Shown in pieces: positions 1-13,349 of a DNA stretch of 64,000 bases. A program made the translations under genes and the position numbers. Positions within the stretch are counted from its first letter, which is position 1, and every line of letters starts with the position of its first letter. The stretch lies in contig NC_043005.1 in NCBI RefSeq assembly GCF_006345805.1, positions 16,244,001 to 16,308,000 of the forward strand, given 5' to 3'. This DNA comes from Octopus sinensis. Its lineage: Eukaryota. Below the pieces are notes generated by a model. The model saw only the letters and a program-made list of their open reading frames with translations, did no database searches and was not told the origin of the DNA.

Positions 1-649
1 GTTCAGATTTAAGTGGCATTCTGCCTTTCTCTGACTCCCTTGTTTGCACTTGTGTGTTCGAGGTAGTTGTGAGCTCTTGGTAGGGTAGTAGAGAGAAGGG
101 CTGGTGAGGAAAGGGGGTGGGAGAATCTGGGAGTGCCCTGATGGTCGTATTTTGAATGGTCAGTGGCGGCTGGCAGTCTCAGTTCAATTCAGGAGAATAT
201 TTATATTGATAGGCTTCTTTATAGAATTAGCGTAGGTGTTATACTAAAAACATTAGTGACAAACTTAAGGGGTAGGGGGTGGAGAAGAAAGAAGAAGAAG
301 AGAAGAAGGAGAAGGAGAAGGAGAAGGAGAAGATGACGATGATGGTGATGGTGGTGATGATTATGACGACGATGATGATGATAACGATGATGATGAAGAA
401 GAAGAAGAAGAGAAGGAGGAGAAGGAGAAGATGGTGGTGATGATGGTGGCGATGATGATGATGCCGATGATGATGATAACGATGATGATGAAGAAGAAGA
501 GGAAGAAGAAGAAGAGAGAAAAAACAGAGAAGGGAGAATATGAATGTAAATATAGCTATGAAGGGGCTGATTAGTAATGGATTCTATTGAGTGTAGTATT
601 TGTGTGTGTATATATATTTTTTTCTTTTATTCTAAAGTTGAGGTATATT
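1..649 (-). repeat. Left inverted pseudo-LTR arm of PLE1 (may extend beyond the window start)
   Basis: 1-649 is a near-identical reverse complement of 2715-3363, e.g. GTTCAGATTTAAGTGGCATT at 1 vs AATGCCACTTAAATCTGAAC ending 3363, including the same GAA/GAT trinucleotide mosaic. Confidence 0.95.
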
Positions 650-779
650 AAGTTGAGGTGTAGGAGTAACTACACCCCCTCGAAAGGTAGAAGAATAAAC
701 ACTTGATGATTTCTGTGACCACATATCAAATTACCCATATCAACATATGCACAAACAAAAACACAAACCAAACTTCAGC

Positions 780-2712
780 AAAAAGAATGGGCTGAGGTGA
801 ACAAATTAAAACTAGATAAAACAATAACAATCAAAGAGGCCCGATAAAGGGAGTGCTGTTGTCTTAATGGATACGACATTTTACATAACTTTGGTACTTT
901 CTATGCTGGAAGACACAACATACTATGAAAAGGCACAAAACTACAGTCAACAAAAAATAATGAGGGAACTAAAATCCATATTAAACCCATACAAAGCAGG
1001 GCTAACCGACAAAGAATATGATTATATGACCAATTTCACAAGTAAAACTAGCCAATTCTACGGTATACCTAAGATCCACAAAGTGAAAAATAAGCAACGC
1101 ATGCAAGATAGCTACAGACAAATAATTAAAGTCCCTAATCAATGACCTCAATTGAGACCCATAATAGCAGGTCCCGCATGCGAAACCCACCGCCTCAGTA
1201 ACTTTTTAACAGACACCCTGTTAAAACCACTCCTCAAACATGTCAAAAGCTATATAGGGACGACTTAGATATGCTCAATCACCTACCGAATATACTAAAA
1301 AACAAAACACATACTGGTATCCTTCGATGTAGTCAACCTCTACTCCAATATCCCCACAACCTAGGACTAGAGGCAATCCAATTCTGGCTAGAGAATCACG
1401 CCAACGAACTACCACACCGCATCATCAAAAAAGAATTTGTGATAGAAGGGGTTAAATTCATCCTGGAAAAAACTTCTTCGCCTTCAATGACAACTTCTAC
1501 GACAAAAATCGGGGACTGCGATGGGTACCGAATGGCCCCCTCCTTTGCCAACCTAGTCATAGGATACCTAGAGATCAGTCTGTATCGTAAGGTTCTAGAA
1601 AGATATGGCAGCCCTTTCTCCATCTACATAGAAAACAACTGGAAGAGATATCTAGATGACTGTTTCATCCTTTGCATAAAAATATAGAAAAAATCATAGA
1701 ATTCCAGAAAATTTTAAACGGACTGGACGTAACATCCAATTCACGATGGAATATAGCCAACAACAACTCCCCTTCTCGATATCCTCATAAGAAAGCTAAT
1801 AATATAATAGAAACAGACATATACTATAAGCCTACAGACTCTAAGCAATATCTTCCATTCAATTCATGCCACCCCCAGACACACCAGGATGAATATCCCT
1901 TCAATCTAGCAAAAAGGATATGCACTATAGTCTCTAACGCAAACACCAGAGACACACGACTACAAGAACTAAAAGATACCCTAATCACACAGGAACTATC
2001 CACCTTCACTTATTGACAAATGCATTCAACGTGCCCTTCAACTTAACATCAAGGAACTGAGACATCCCAAATCAAAGAAAAACTTACAACCAAAAGCCTT
2101 ACCATACATCTCCACACACAACCCTCTCAATAACGAAGCCTTCGACACCATCCTCCACAACATACCCCTCCTAAAAAAGACCACAGAATGAACACAATCC
2201 TCCAAACACACACGATCATAAAAAGCAAAAGACAGCCTAGATCCATGAAAAGTCTCCTTACACAAGCCCGAATTCACTCTTCAACAAGAAGCCGACAGTA
2301 AAAAAAATGTGGAAGACCCAATTGCGGGATAGCGACTATCTAATCGAGGTTCTGAGTTCTCCTTCAAACAGGGACAACGTTTTACAGTGAAAAGCAACTT
2401 CACATGTGCTTCGGAGAACCAATATACTCACAACCTGCTCCGGTGTCAAGAGCAGTACATAGGCCAAACAAAAAATGGTTTGCGTAAACGAATGGCCCTG
2501 CACAGATCCCAGATAAAAATTCCCCAAACAAAACAGAAAAATAGCTTTTAGCCAACACATAGATACTTGCGCCAACAAAAAAACACCAAAACTTCAGAAT
2601 TTCCCCCTCTACCAATTTAGGGACGATACAACTTTCGAGACAACGAATAAGTAAAGAAAATCTCTTTATTACAAAATACAAGCCACTTCTTAACGGGTCT
2701 ACGACAAACAAT
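780..2712 (+). mobile_element. Penelope-like retroelement 1 (Neptune-like), 5'-truncated, frameshifted RT + GIY-YIG endonuclease pseudo-ORF
   Basis: Consecutive frame fragments give TIKEA/DKGSAVVLMD, FYGIPKIHK, LRPIIAGPAC, SFDVVNLYSNIPH, MAPSFANL, WKRYLDDCFI (RT catalytic YLDD), TDIYYKPTDSKQYLPFNSCHP, KCGRPNC linker, NFTCASEN...YIGQT (GIY-YIG). Many frameshifts. Confidence 0.95.
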
Positions 2713-2714
2713 TA

Positions 2715-2842
2715 AATATACCTCAACTTTAGAATAAAAGAAAAAAATATATATACACACACAAATACTACACTCAATAGAATCCATTACTATCAGCCCC
2801 TTCATAGCTATATTTACATTCATATTCTCCCTTCTCTGTTTT

Positions 2843-2875
<33 letters not shown>

Positions 2876-3363
2876 ATCATCATCGTTATCATCATCATCG
2901 GCATCATCATCATCGCCACCATCATCACCACCATCTTCTCCTTCTCCTCTTCTTCTTCTTCTTCTTCATCATCATCGTTTTTATCATCATCATCGTCGTC
3001 ATAATCATCACCCACATCACCATCATCGTCATCTTCTCCTTCTCCTTCTCCTTCTCCTTCTTCTTCTTCTTCTTCTTCTTCTCTCACCACCCTACCCCTT
3101 AAAGTGTCACTAATGTTTTTTAGTATAACACCTACGTAATTCTATAAAGAAGCCTATCAATATAAATATTCTCCTGAATTGAACTGAGACTGCCAGCCGC
3201 CACTGACCATTCAAAATACGACCATCAGGGCACTCCCAGATTCTCCCACCCCCCTTTCCTCACCAGCCTTCTCTCTACTACCCTACCAAGAGCTCACAAC
3301 TACCTCGAAACACAAGTGCAACAAGGGAGTCAGAGAAAGGCAGAATGCCACTTAAATCTGAAC
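2715..3363 (+). repeat. Right pseudo-LTR / 3' UTR arm of PLE1
   Basis: Begins immediately after the GIY-YIG end and is an inverted copy of 1-649. Confidence 0.95.
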
Positions 3364-3429
3364 ACTACTATAGAAATATTCTTTAAAAAAACTTTTCTTC
3401 TAATTTTTCTAATTTAATTATTTTAATCG

Positions 3430-3473
3430 TTACAGTTGAAAGGTCTCAAAATGACCGAAACCGGTACTGAAAT
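3430..3473 (+). ncRNA. Degenerate minimal type I hammerhead-ribozyme-like motif downstream of PLE1
   Basis: TACAG-TTGAAA-GGTC-tcaaaat-GACC-GAAA-CCGG-TA-CTG: stem II, GAAA, palindromic stem III, UH and stem I are present, but the CUGANGA box is mutated. Confidence 0.55.
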
Positions 3474-3754
3474 GTTCACTATAAAATTATTTTAGCATTT
3501 TCTATTTTTTACTTGTTTTTTCATATATATATATATATACATATATAGTAGTAAATATAAGAATATATATATATATACACACAGAATATGTATGTATATA
3601 TTATAATGCATGAATATGTATGTGTATGCATATGTGCACTGACACACACATAATACACATATGTGTAATATATCTTTACTTACTGTTTGTCTGTTTGTCT
3701 TATCTACTTCATCTATCTATATATCTATATATATATATAATAATATATATATAT

Positions 3755-3815
<61 letters not shown>

Positions 3816-4355
3816 CATACATATATATACACATATATACATACATAGACAGACACCAATGAATTGTGAGTGAATTTGATACACAATATTATTCTTTTTT
3901 GTTATTTGAAAGAAAAACATTTGTCTTTGAAAGCAGGTTTTGAGAAAATACATGTGTGGCATTGAAAAACTGCTATCAGATTCGTGATCAGCAGATTTGA
4001 CTGAATAACAGAAACTCAACGAGTATTTTGAAATATTTCCCTTTGTTAAGCAGCATTACTTAAGATGAATTTGAATTTCGTAAGAACTTTAACTCATCAA
4101 AATTTCCACTGTTTAAATAGTATATTTAAGGGTAACGATGAGGGTGGGGGTGGGGGTGGGGGTGGGGAGGCTATCAAGATGGTATTATCTCGTATTTTTA
4201 TCTGAAAGAATTCAGGCAAGCCTTGGCGTTTAGTTTGCTTTAAAACCAGATAAGAAAAAGTATGCTAATGTATGCTAATGTATGCTAATGTATGCACGAG
4301 TGGGGATTCGACGCAAACAGCAGTTATTCTTCGTTTGTTATCCCAGTGCTTTACC

Positions 4356-4400
<45 letters not shown>

Positions 4401-4484
4401 AACATACATGCATACATACATACATACAAACATACATACACACACACACACAAACATACATACATACATACATACATACATACA

Positions 4485-4515
<31 letters not shown>

Positions 4516-4807
4516 GTATGTATGTGTATGTATATATAATATATATTATATATATAACGCGGAGTAGATGAAACAGGGGCGGCTGAAGAAGGGGAATGTT
4601 CCTTGTGTTGTATGTTTTGTACCCTATTTTTTCGTTGTTTAAGAAAAATGTCCATTTCCTTGGTTTTGTGTTTATGTTTTCGTTTCCCATTGCGTTCGAC
4701 GTTTTTTTGGTGTTCTGTACCCATATATGCATGTATATATACATATAGATGAAGGTACGTACATATATGTATGTATATATGCATATATTTTATATTTTTA
4801 TTTTGTT

Positions 4808-4851
<44 letters not shown>

Positions 4852-6091
4852 GAAATATGTTATAAAAAGAAAATATAAAATACACGTTGAAATGTAAGGG
4901 TAAAATAGGAAAAATCAACGAAAATGCACATTGCAAATAAAAAAAAAGGCTATTTATGACAGGTAACGACAAATATATACATTTAGATTGACTGAGGTAG
5001 TAATGCGAGTCATAAAAGTCATTATTATGAGATGATTATAAGATGGTAATAAAGTAAGAGAACAAAACTTACCATGGTTTACGCAAAGCTATTCATCGTT
5101 TGAGAGGACACATACACACACACACATAGACACACTTTCTCACCTTCTTTGTTTATCTGAGTCTTTTAACCCAACAACATCTTCATTTACTTGTGGTGGT
5201 CGTGGTGGTCGTGGTGGTCGTGGTGGTCGTGGTCGTTGTGGCGGCAGCAGCGGTTGTTTAATTTACTTGGAATGCGGATAAACTGTCAAAGGAGCAGTCT
5301 GCTTCATGCGGTGAATGTCGAAAGAAATACATTGGAATCATGACCCTTTCGCTATTGTCTTCTCTGTAACTCGCGTACAGGTGGACGTGAACGCTGCACT
5401 GCGAGTTTAGGAAACATTCGTGAATTTAACAATGCTACCGTTTTCGTTGTTATTGTTGCTTTTGCTGTTCGTGTAATTTACTTGAGTGCCAACACTGAAG
5501 GAGGACACTCATGATCAAAGATATGCATATATGTGTGCATATTTGTACGTATATATGTAAACATGTATGTGCGTATGTGCATCATTTGTGTAAATATATA
5601 TTTATTTTATTTATTTTTTTTTATCTAGTTTCAGCGCACAAGCTGTGGCCATGCTGGAGCACCGATATAAAGAAAACAAAAAAATGGAACAAGAACGTAA
5701 CAGGCGACAACGAAATATCCGGGACAGTTAGATGATACAAAAAAGAACGGGAAAAAACAAGGACGGGTCGTTCGGAGCTTCCTATCCTCAGTCGAGTTCC
5801 AGATTGTCTTAGCGGTTTCGGCCGATCATACTCGAGACTGCTCCAGTCTGGCCGGCCCCAGGAAAATCTAAGCTAAGAGCACTAGACTCCTTGAAGAAAG
5901 CAAGCGAAAGTATATAAAAACAAGGACGAAAAAAAACAAGAAATGGTACACAGTTACAAATACAAACATCAGGCCATTAACAACATGTGTTATTCGACTA
6001 TAATCACTTATATGCGTACATACACACACAGAGACATTCCCACTCCCACACATACATACGCATATATATAAATATATATATATAATATATT

Positions 6092-6179
<88 letters not shown>

Positions 6180-6230
6180 TGAATGAAGAATGGAGTCGAA
6201 CGAAGATGTTAACAACATTCCTTTACTCTC

Positions 6231-6302
6231 GACATATGTTTCGAAGACAGCATATTTTTATTCCGAAGGAATAAAAGGTACACTATGCAATCTTCTCATC
6301 AA
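6231..6302 (-). ncRNA. Degenerate hammerhead-like motif (PLE pLTR relic)
   Basis: Minus strand reads TTGATGA-GAAGA...TCTTC-GAAA-CATATG-TC. Stem I does not pair. Confidence 0.45.
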
Positions 6303-6624
6303 TTTTCCATGCTGACGATAAACATAGGATAATTCATTCACCTACTCATATATATATATATATATATATGATTTATTTTTCATACAACAGTGTATCATAC
6401 AAGAAAATGCTATCATGTACATGTTACTTAATACTTTCTTCTTGTAATGTGGGTATTGTTGTCCATTTTCATACGAGAGGCTAGTATTTTCTTCCAAAAT
6501 ACAGCGATTTAGAAGCGATCATGTCACTATAAATCATTGGCATTTAGTAACGATCTTCAGTAATTGAAAGACAAAGAATTATCATTCTAGTTCACACGCA
6601 TGTATAGCATAGGTGTGACTGTGT

Positions 6625-6790
6625 AGTCCAAAGGTGAATTTTGAAACTACACAGTATCGGGTTCTATCCAATGGCGCAATATCTTGAACGAGAGTCATTC
6701 TTCTACAACAGTCTCGAGTTGACCCAAAACTTTCGTGTGAAATTTTGTCGATAAAAACTCAGAAGATTTGTCGGGGAGAACGTACCTATT
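6625..6790 (+). mobile_element. Highly degenerate family A SINE
   Basis: Weak colinear match to family A head and body (compare 25991-26392). Confidence 0.45.
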
Positions 6791-7086
6791 CTTGCAAAGA
6801 GATTTATTTGGTTGCACAGTGTAGCACCACCAGTTGACCTCGGTTGCTTTTATCTACAAGCATTCAATTCAGGCACCTGATGCACATCCATATACATATA
6901 CACTCTTGTTTTGGTATGCATACACACGCACACACACACACACATATATAGGTGTATGTATGTATGTATGTATGTATGTATGTATGTATGTATGTATGTA
7001 TGTATGTATGTATGTATGTATGTATGTATGGATGGATGGATGGATGTATATATATATGTATTATGTATATATATATATATATATAT

Positions 7087-7224
<138 letters not shown>

Positions 7225-7234
7225 ATAATATATC

Positions 7235-7410
7235 TTCGCTGCCCACAAGGGGCTAAATAGAAGGGACAAACAAGGACAGACAAACGGATTAAGTCGATTA
7301 CATCGATACATCGACCCCAGTGCATTACTGGTACTTAATTTATCGACCCCGAAAGGATGAAAGCCAAAGTCGACCTCGGCGGAATTTGAACTCAGAACGT
7401 AACGGCAGAT
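7235..7410 (-). mobile_element. SINE family B (head GCGAGCTGGCAGAAACGTTAGC), 5'-truncated
   Basis: Shares the GAGTTCAAATTCCGCCGAGGTCGAC...GGGGTCGATAAATTAAGTACCAG core with copies at 19013, 32615, 44860, 52985 and 54733. Confidence 0.9.
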
Positions 7411-7789
7411 ATACATAATTATATATATATAATATATATATATAATTATATATATATATATATAAAAGACGTTCTTTCGTCTTTTAATCACCATATATAG
7501 TTGGTTAATGCTGTAACATTGCGCCTCCCTTGGATTCTAAAAGAGGATTTGTGATTATTCGGCCCGGCTTTAAACGGGTTCTTCGTTTCCTTAACAGATT
7601 TTTGTGTGTCTCCTCGTTGTTGCTGGATGACATCATCTCTGCTTCGCAGACCACGGCCTCTCTGTCACTGTGACTATTCACTGGACATTAATGTTACATG
7701 AACATTCTGCTTCAACATTCTGCTTTGAATCATTCACTAATACTATTTATTTGAGATGCACATCTTATTTGTTGTACACATAAATTATA

Positions 7790-8190
7790 ACTATTGAATA
7801 TTTTCCTATATTCAAGGTTCATTAAAGACTGGGACCACGGGCCATAGTCCCCTGCCCAATTCAGGATCACAGTATATATGTACACTGTAACAATTTCTTT
7901 TCCTCAACAGGCCCTGCCCTATTTAACATTGTCCCGAAAGAGATCAAAGAGGAAAAGGATACCATCAACTTTAAACGGAGTCTGGATAAATAAATTCCTT
8001 CAAGGAATACCAGATAAGCCACTCATAATTGGATACAACTCACCCAACAAAACTCACTACTTGAATAGACCGTAAACAAAACTTGACTTAAACAGGATTT
8101 AGATAATCATATTAGGTGGTGCTATTAAGTTAGACATGGCCTGGACCAATCTTTGGTCGAAACATATCTAAGTATATCTAAGTTTATACT
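7790..8190 (+). mobile_element. 3' end of a CR1/L2-group non-LTR retrotransposon
   Basis: Frameshifted C-terminus FFSSTGPALFNIVPKEIKEEKDTINFKRSLD/KFLQGIPDKP...NSLLE, then a 3' UTR hairpin GACCAA-TCT-TTGGTC-GAAAC and ATATCTAAGT tandem tail. Confidence 0.75.
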
Positions 8191-9025
8191 TATGATCCTG
8201 TGTATAATACTTATCCACCAACCTAAATAAATTCCTTCCCACTCAGGTTTTCCCGTTGAGTGAGAAAGGTGGAGCAAACCAGTAACCTTTATAGATGTTT
8301 TAGTCTGCTTTGCTTGCCTCGATGATTCTATTATTCTTTTATTCTCTTACTCGTTTCAGTCACTTGACTGCGGCCATGCTGGAGCATCGCCTTAGATTGT
8401 AAGCAATTCTTACGTACAATTTGTATTTTGGATAGAAAAAGAGAAGAAACAGTTGTATACGTGTTTCGCTCCTTGTTGGACTCATCATTACCATGTATAC
8501 TTTCAATTAGCCATAACTACGTTGCTTATAAACAAACAGATATTACAAGTTAAATTAAACTGAATAAACGAATTTACATATTTTAAGAACTTTCCAGGAA
8601 ACCAGATTGGACATTAAATTATTGTTCTGTTAACGTAACAGAAAATTCATATCGAAGGTGAGTAATTAATAATAACCAATATAAAACCAAAATGATGAGA
8701 ATAATCCATTAAATATTCATACATATGTAATGTTTGCGCTCCCCCACGGTAATTCAGAAATATGTCTAATAGGAAGAGAGCAGCAAAAGGCGAAAAGGGG
8801 ATTACCAGATGGAAACATTATTGAAAATTTATTGTTGTTAATGTTATTAAAATTTATAACAAAATTTAAGACAAACTCATTTGCACAGGCCCATATATGG
8901 AATATATATATATACAAATTGAGATAGGGGTTGTAAATGCAACCCTCCATGGGATAACATATATCCAATATACTGCTAGTGAAGTACCCAACAAAGTTAA
9001 TACATAAATGTTAAGGATTGCGAAA

Positions 9026-9183
9026 AAAATTTAGAGGACTAACCACTAAAAGTGAACAGCCTGTATGCTAAATAAAGACGTCAAATCGCCATTACCACGA
9101 AGAATTATTCATGGTAATGTCGATTTGACGACTATGTTTAGCATATAGGCTGTCCACTTTTAGTGGTTAGTCCTCTAAATTTT
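9026..9183. repeat. ~160-bp near-perfect palindrome (MITE-like fold-back)
   Basis: AAAATTTAGAGGACTAACCACTAAAAGTG...ATTACCA pairs with ATGGTAAT...CACTTTTAGTGGTTAGTCCTCTAAATTTT. Confidence 0.85.
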
Positions 9184-9303
9184 GTATGTAAAACAATTTT
9201 TAATCTTCGGATTTTTTAAAAAATATGCTAAGCCATTGGTTTTAATTGGTTAATATCAATTTCTACTCTTATTCAAATGTATTCATATATATATATATTA
9301 TAT

Positions 9304-9347
<44 letters not shown>

Positions 9348-9393
9348 ATATATATCTATATATATATATATATATATGCGTATATATATATAC

Positions 9394-9436
<43 letters not shown>

Positions 9437-9478
9437 TATATATATATACATATACATGCTACATGTATATATATATAT

Positions 9479-9545
<67 letters not shown>

Positions 9546-9987
9546 ACATACATACATACGGACATACATACATTAGATTATTGGATGTGTGTGTGTCTAA
9601 GTAGTGATGTAATATAGTCCCTGCAAATTACATGAGGTTATCGTATATCATCGTAATCATAGCTATAATTGCCTCGTGTTCTATGATAATTAAAAGTTCA
9701 AATATATGTATGTTTGCATTCAATTACAGCTTAATTCTCTTTGCGTAATAGATATCAATCCATCGTTAGTATCTCGAGGCCTTCACGTATACATTAAGTG
9801 CACCCTTGTCGATTACCTTGGGAGAGTGTGACTGAATAAACACACAAACACATTCTTACATATATACACACATATATACAGTTGTGTGTGCATGTGTGTG
9901 CATGATGGCTGTCCACTTTTAAGAACATTGCACTCTGACAAATGTATATTTTACACTTGTAGGTTTGCTAACGAGTAATGCCCCCCA

Positions 9988-10131
<144 letters not shown>

Positions 10132-10298
10132 GCTCGAAATGGAAAGTAGATAGACAGCCGACAACTGATGAAGGGTCCTTTCTCTATGTTTATTTGTCCT
10201 GTTCTCCAGTTTTTTCTCGTTGTTTACGTATTTAGCTGATTTGTTTACGCGTTTCATGTTGGTGATGTGCTGCACCCATATATGCATATATATATAAT

Positions 10299-10361
<63 letters not shown>

Positions 10362-10741
10362 CCGGAGTAAGCACATAAACGGGAAACAAGGTGGAAAAAA
10401 GGGTTCTCAAATACCAGAGGCAGAATAATATGGTTTATTCAAAAACAGCAGAAATATTGTTATATTTCTGCTGGTTTTAAATAAAGTATATATATATATA
10501 TATATAATAAAATATTAGGGAATAAATCCAAACTTACAGGGAAAAATCAGATTTAGGATTAAATCCAATTTTATAGTATAAATATATTATATTATATTAT
10601 ATTATATTAAATTAGAGATAAAACCACTATTAGGCAAATCAAACAATGAAAAACATAAGCCAATACATAAAATTAATTAATTTATATTATTTTAAATATA
10701 TATCAAAAGTATTAAAAGTTTAATAAAAGATAAAGAGTAAA

Positions 10742-10811
10742 ACACTACGATCGTTTCATGGCTGTACAATTCGTAATAATTCGAGTTATGGTTACAGTCA
10801 ATCTTCGGGTT
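10742..10811 (-). ncRNA. Hammerhead-like motif in an AT-rich PLE pLTR relic
   Basis: Minus strand reads CCCGAAGA-TTGACTGTA...TACAGCCAT-GAAA-CGATCG-TA, with a palindromic stem III. Confidence 0.45.
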
Positions 10812-11354
10812 AATTGAAATATCTAAAATATAATCAGAAATATTTAAACAATATTTTTAATATAATAATTTTACTTATAATAAACTCTATTATCAATCTA
10901 GAAACATAAAACTTAACAATTATGATTATATCAAAATCGACTATAATGTTAAATATTAATTTTAATTTATAAGGTAGGAAACCCACCAATAATCTAATAT
11001 CGGTATTAGTCTATATCTAATTGCATAAATATTTTAAAATGACTAATATATATAAATTATCAATGAAAATATATAAATGTATATAAATATTAAGATCTAA
11101 ATTAATCTCTATAAATAAATATATGCACATATAATAAAAACCTAATAAATTAATTTTTCATATTTAAAGATGAAATAGCTAATTTCAAAATACAACTAAA
11201 CAAACTTAAACGAACTTTCGGAAATCTTATGTAAAATACTTATAGAAATAATCAATTCGTAGTAATATAGTATCGAATAAATACTATAAATACTATAAAT
11301 ATAATTACCAATGGGAATAACTAGCGAATATCAATTTAAAGAAATAACTAAGTT

Positions 11355-11430
11355 ATGCTATTAAATTGGACATGGCCTGGACCAATCTTTAGTCGAAACA
11401 TATCTAAGTTTATCAAAGTTTATCTAATTT
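11355..11430 (+). mobile_element. Isolated 3' tail of the LINE family seen at 7790-8190
   Basis: GACATGGCCTGGACCAATCTTTAGTCGAAACATATCTAAGT nearly matches 8143-8185. Confidence 0.8.
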
Positions 11431-13011
11431 AATTATAAATTTAAAACTACAATTAATACTATTAAAACATGTATATACAAAAGCCTAACTTTATACACCT
11501 CGTATGCTTGCTATCAAATAACAAATCTATCGCTAAGTAGTATCTTACGAATAAACTTAAATTTAATATCTAATAATATAGAAAATTACGATAATTAGAT
11601 CATTACATAAACAACGATATTTACATAAGGAAAATATTATTACACCAAAGACTTATACAATATTAAATTTACAATTTGAAAATCTTAAATATAAATAAAT
11701 ACTTATGTTAGCGAGGTTTAGCAATGAACTAAAATTTTGAATCGGAAAACGTCTTTACAGCGTTTATAAGAATACTCGTGGAATTACGTTATTAGCAAAA
11801 AAAAGAATAAATTGTTAAAGAATACATTAAGCGTGAGGAACCTACGCTTTATCAATGAGATTGTGAATGGGAAAATTAATGGTTTATCATTGTAAATAGA
11901 ATGAAGTCACAAATAAAGAATACATTCTCTCTATACTATAATATTTATTAATAAAATAACTATGATAAATAATACTTAATACAAAATAACTTAAATGATT
12001 TAAATGATTAAAAACCACTAATTATTAAATATATTCTAAAAATTTTATATGATTAATAAATATATTAAAAAATTTATTTATATAGTAACCCCTCATCATA
12101 CTATAAAGTCTTTCCCATGCTCTTATAGTTATAAGCTAAAATTAGTGATCATAACCAAATCTATAAATACTTATCAAAATTTGTAGTATAACTATACATA
12201 CGTATAAATAAATATATAAAAAATATACATACATATACATATATATACATATATATATACATATATATATATATACATACACATATACATACACATATAC
12301 ACATACATGCACACATACATACATATACATATATACACACATATATAACCACACATACACACATACACATATGCACACACATACATACACGTACATACAT
12401 ACAATACTCAATATATACACATACACCTATATACACACACACACATAAATAAATGTATATACATATACATATATATACACGCACATAAACATATACACAC
12501 AACCACATATATCATATAATAAATACATATATAAATGTCTATATTCATACTACAATACAAAATAGAGGTAATATTAAGTTAAATCTAAATAATTAATCTA
12601 CCAATCTATACTTCTATATTAAATAAAATAGATTAAATAAACAACTAAATAAATCTATTTCAAATATAAAGAGATTACATACAAATAGATTAATATAACA
12701 AAATTATAATTTAACGAAGTTATAACAGAAATATAACAAAATATATAAAATAAATAAAATTGTAACTTACCAGACTCTATATTCAATAAATCATTAAATA
12801 TTTATTAAAAATATATTTAGTAATATAATATTTAGTAATATAATATTTAGTAATAAAATGAACAACTATATATAATCTAACTATAATTAAAAACAGAACC
12901 TAAATAACTAAAATAAACTAATATAATAAGTACTACAAATCACCTGCTATATTTAGAATACTATTACATAAAACAACAAATATGGAGCTAATTAAGGCTA
13001 AGAAATATTCG

Positions 13012-13250
13012 TTATTTATCAAGAAATTTATTATATAAGTAAAGTAACTTGTGTCTGCATTTTATTTTGCGCTCGTCACAGATATTCACAAAATTATCAT
13101 GCTTATAAAATAAAATTTCCTTAAACTCATTTGAACATAAATAACAAAAATTCGCTCCTATACTATATGATTTAGCCTTATTAATTATTTCCCAAGATAA
13201 ATTATAATTAATATTTTGGGATTTAAGTCCCAAATGTACTTACTAAGTCC
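13012..13250 (-). mobile_element. Naiad-type PLE remnant, C-terminus of GIY-YIG endonuclease
   Basis: LKSQNINYNLSWEIINKAKSYSIGANFCYLCSNE...ERKIKCRH fits the W-I..A..Y....C.LC..E...C.H pattern. Confidence 0.75.
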
Positions 13251-13349
13251 AGTGGAGTTAATTAAGTTTTTATTTTTAAATGAATGCATATGCTGTGCGA
13301 TTCTTAATTTTTTTTAGAGGAAGTGGACCCTATATATATACATACATAC

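Noticed and set aside
5190-5250. RGG-like repeat (GGTGGTCGT)x4 and a minus-strand donor at ~5140
   Set aside because: No start or acceptor gives a coherent frame, and in-frame stops lie nearby. It is best read as a 9-bp microsatellite variant.
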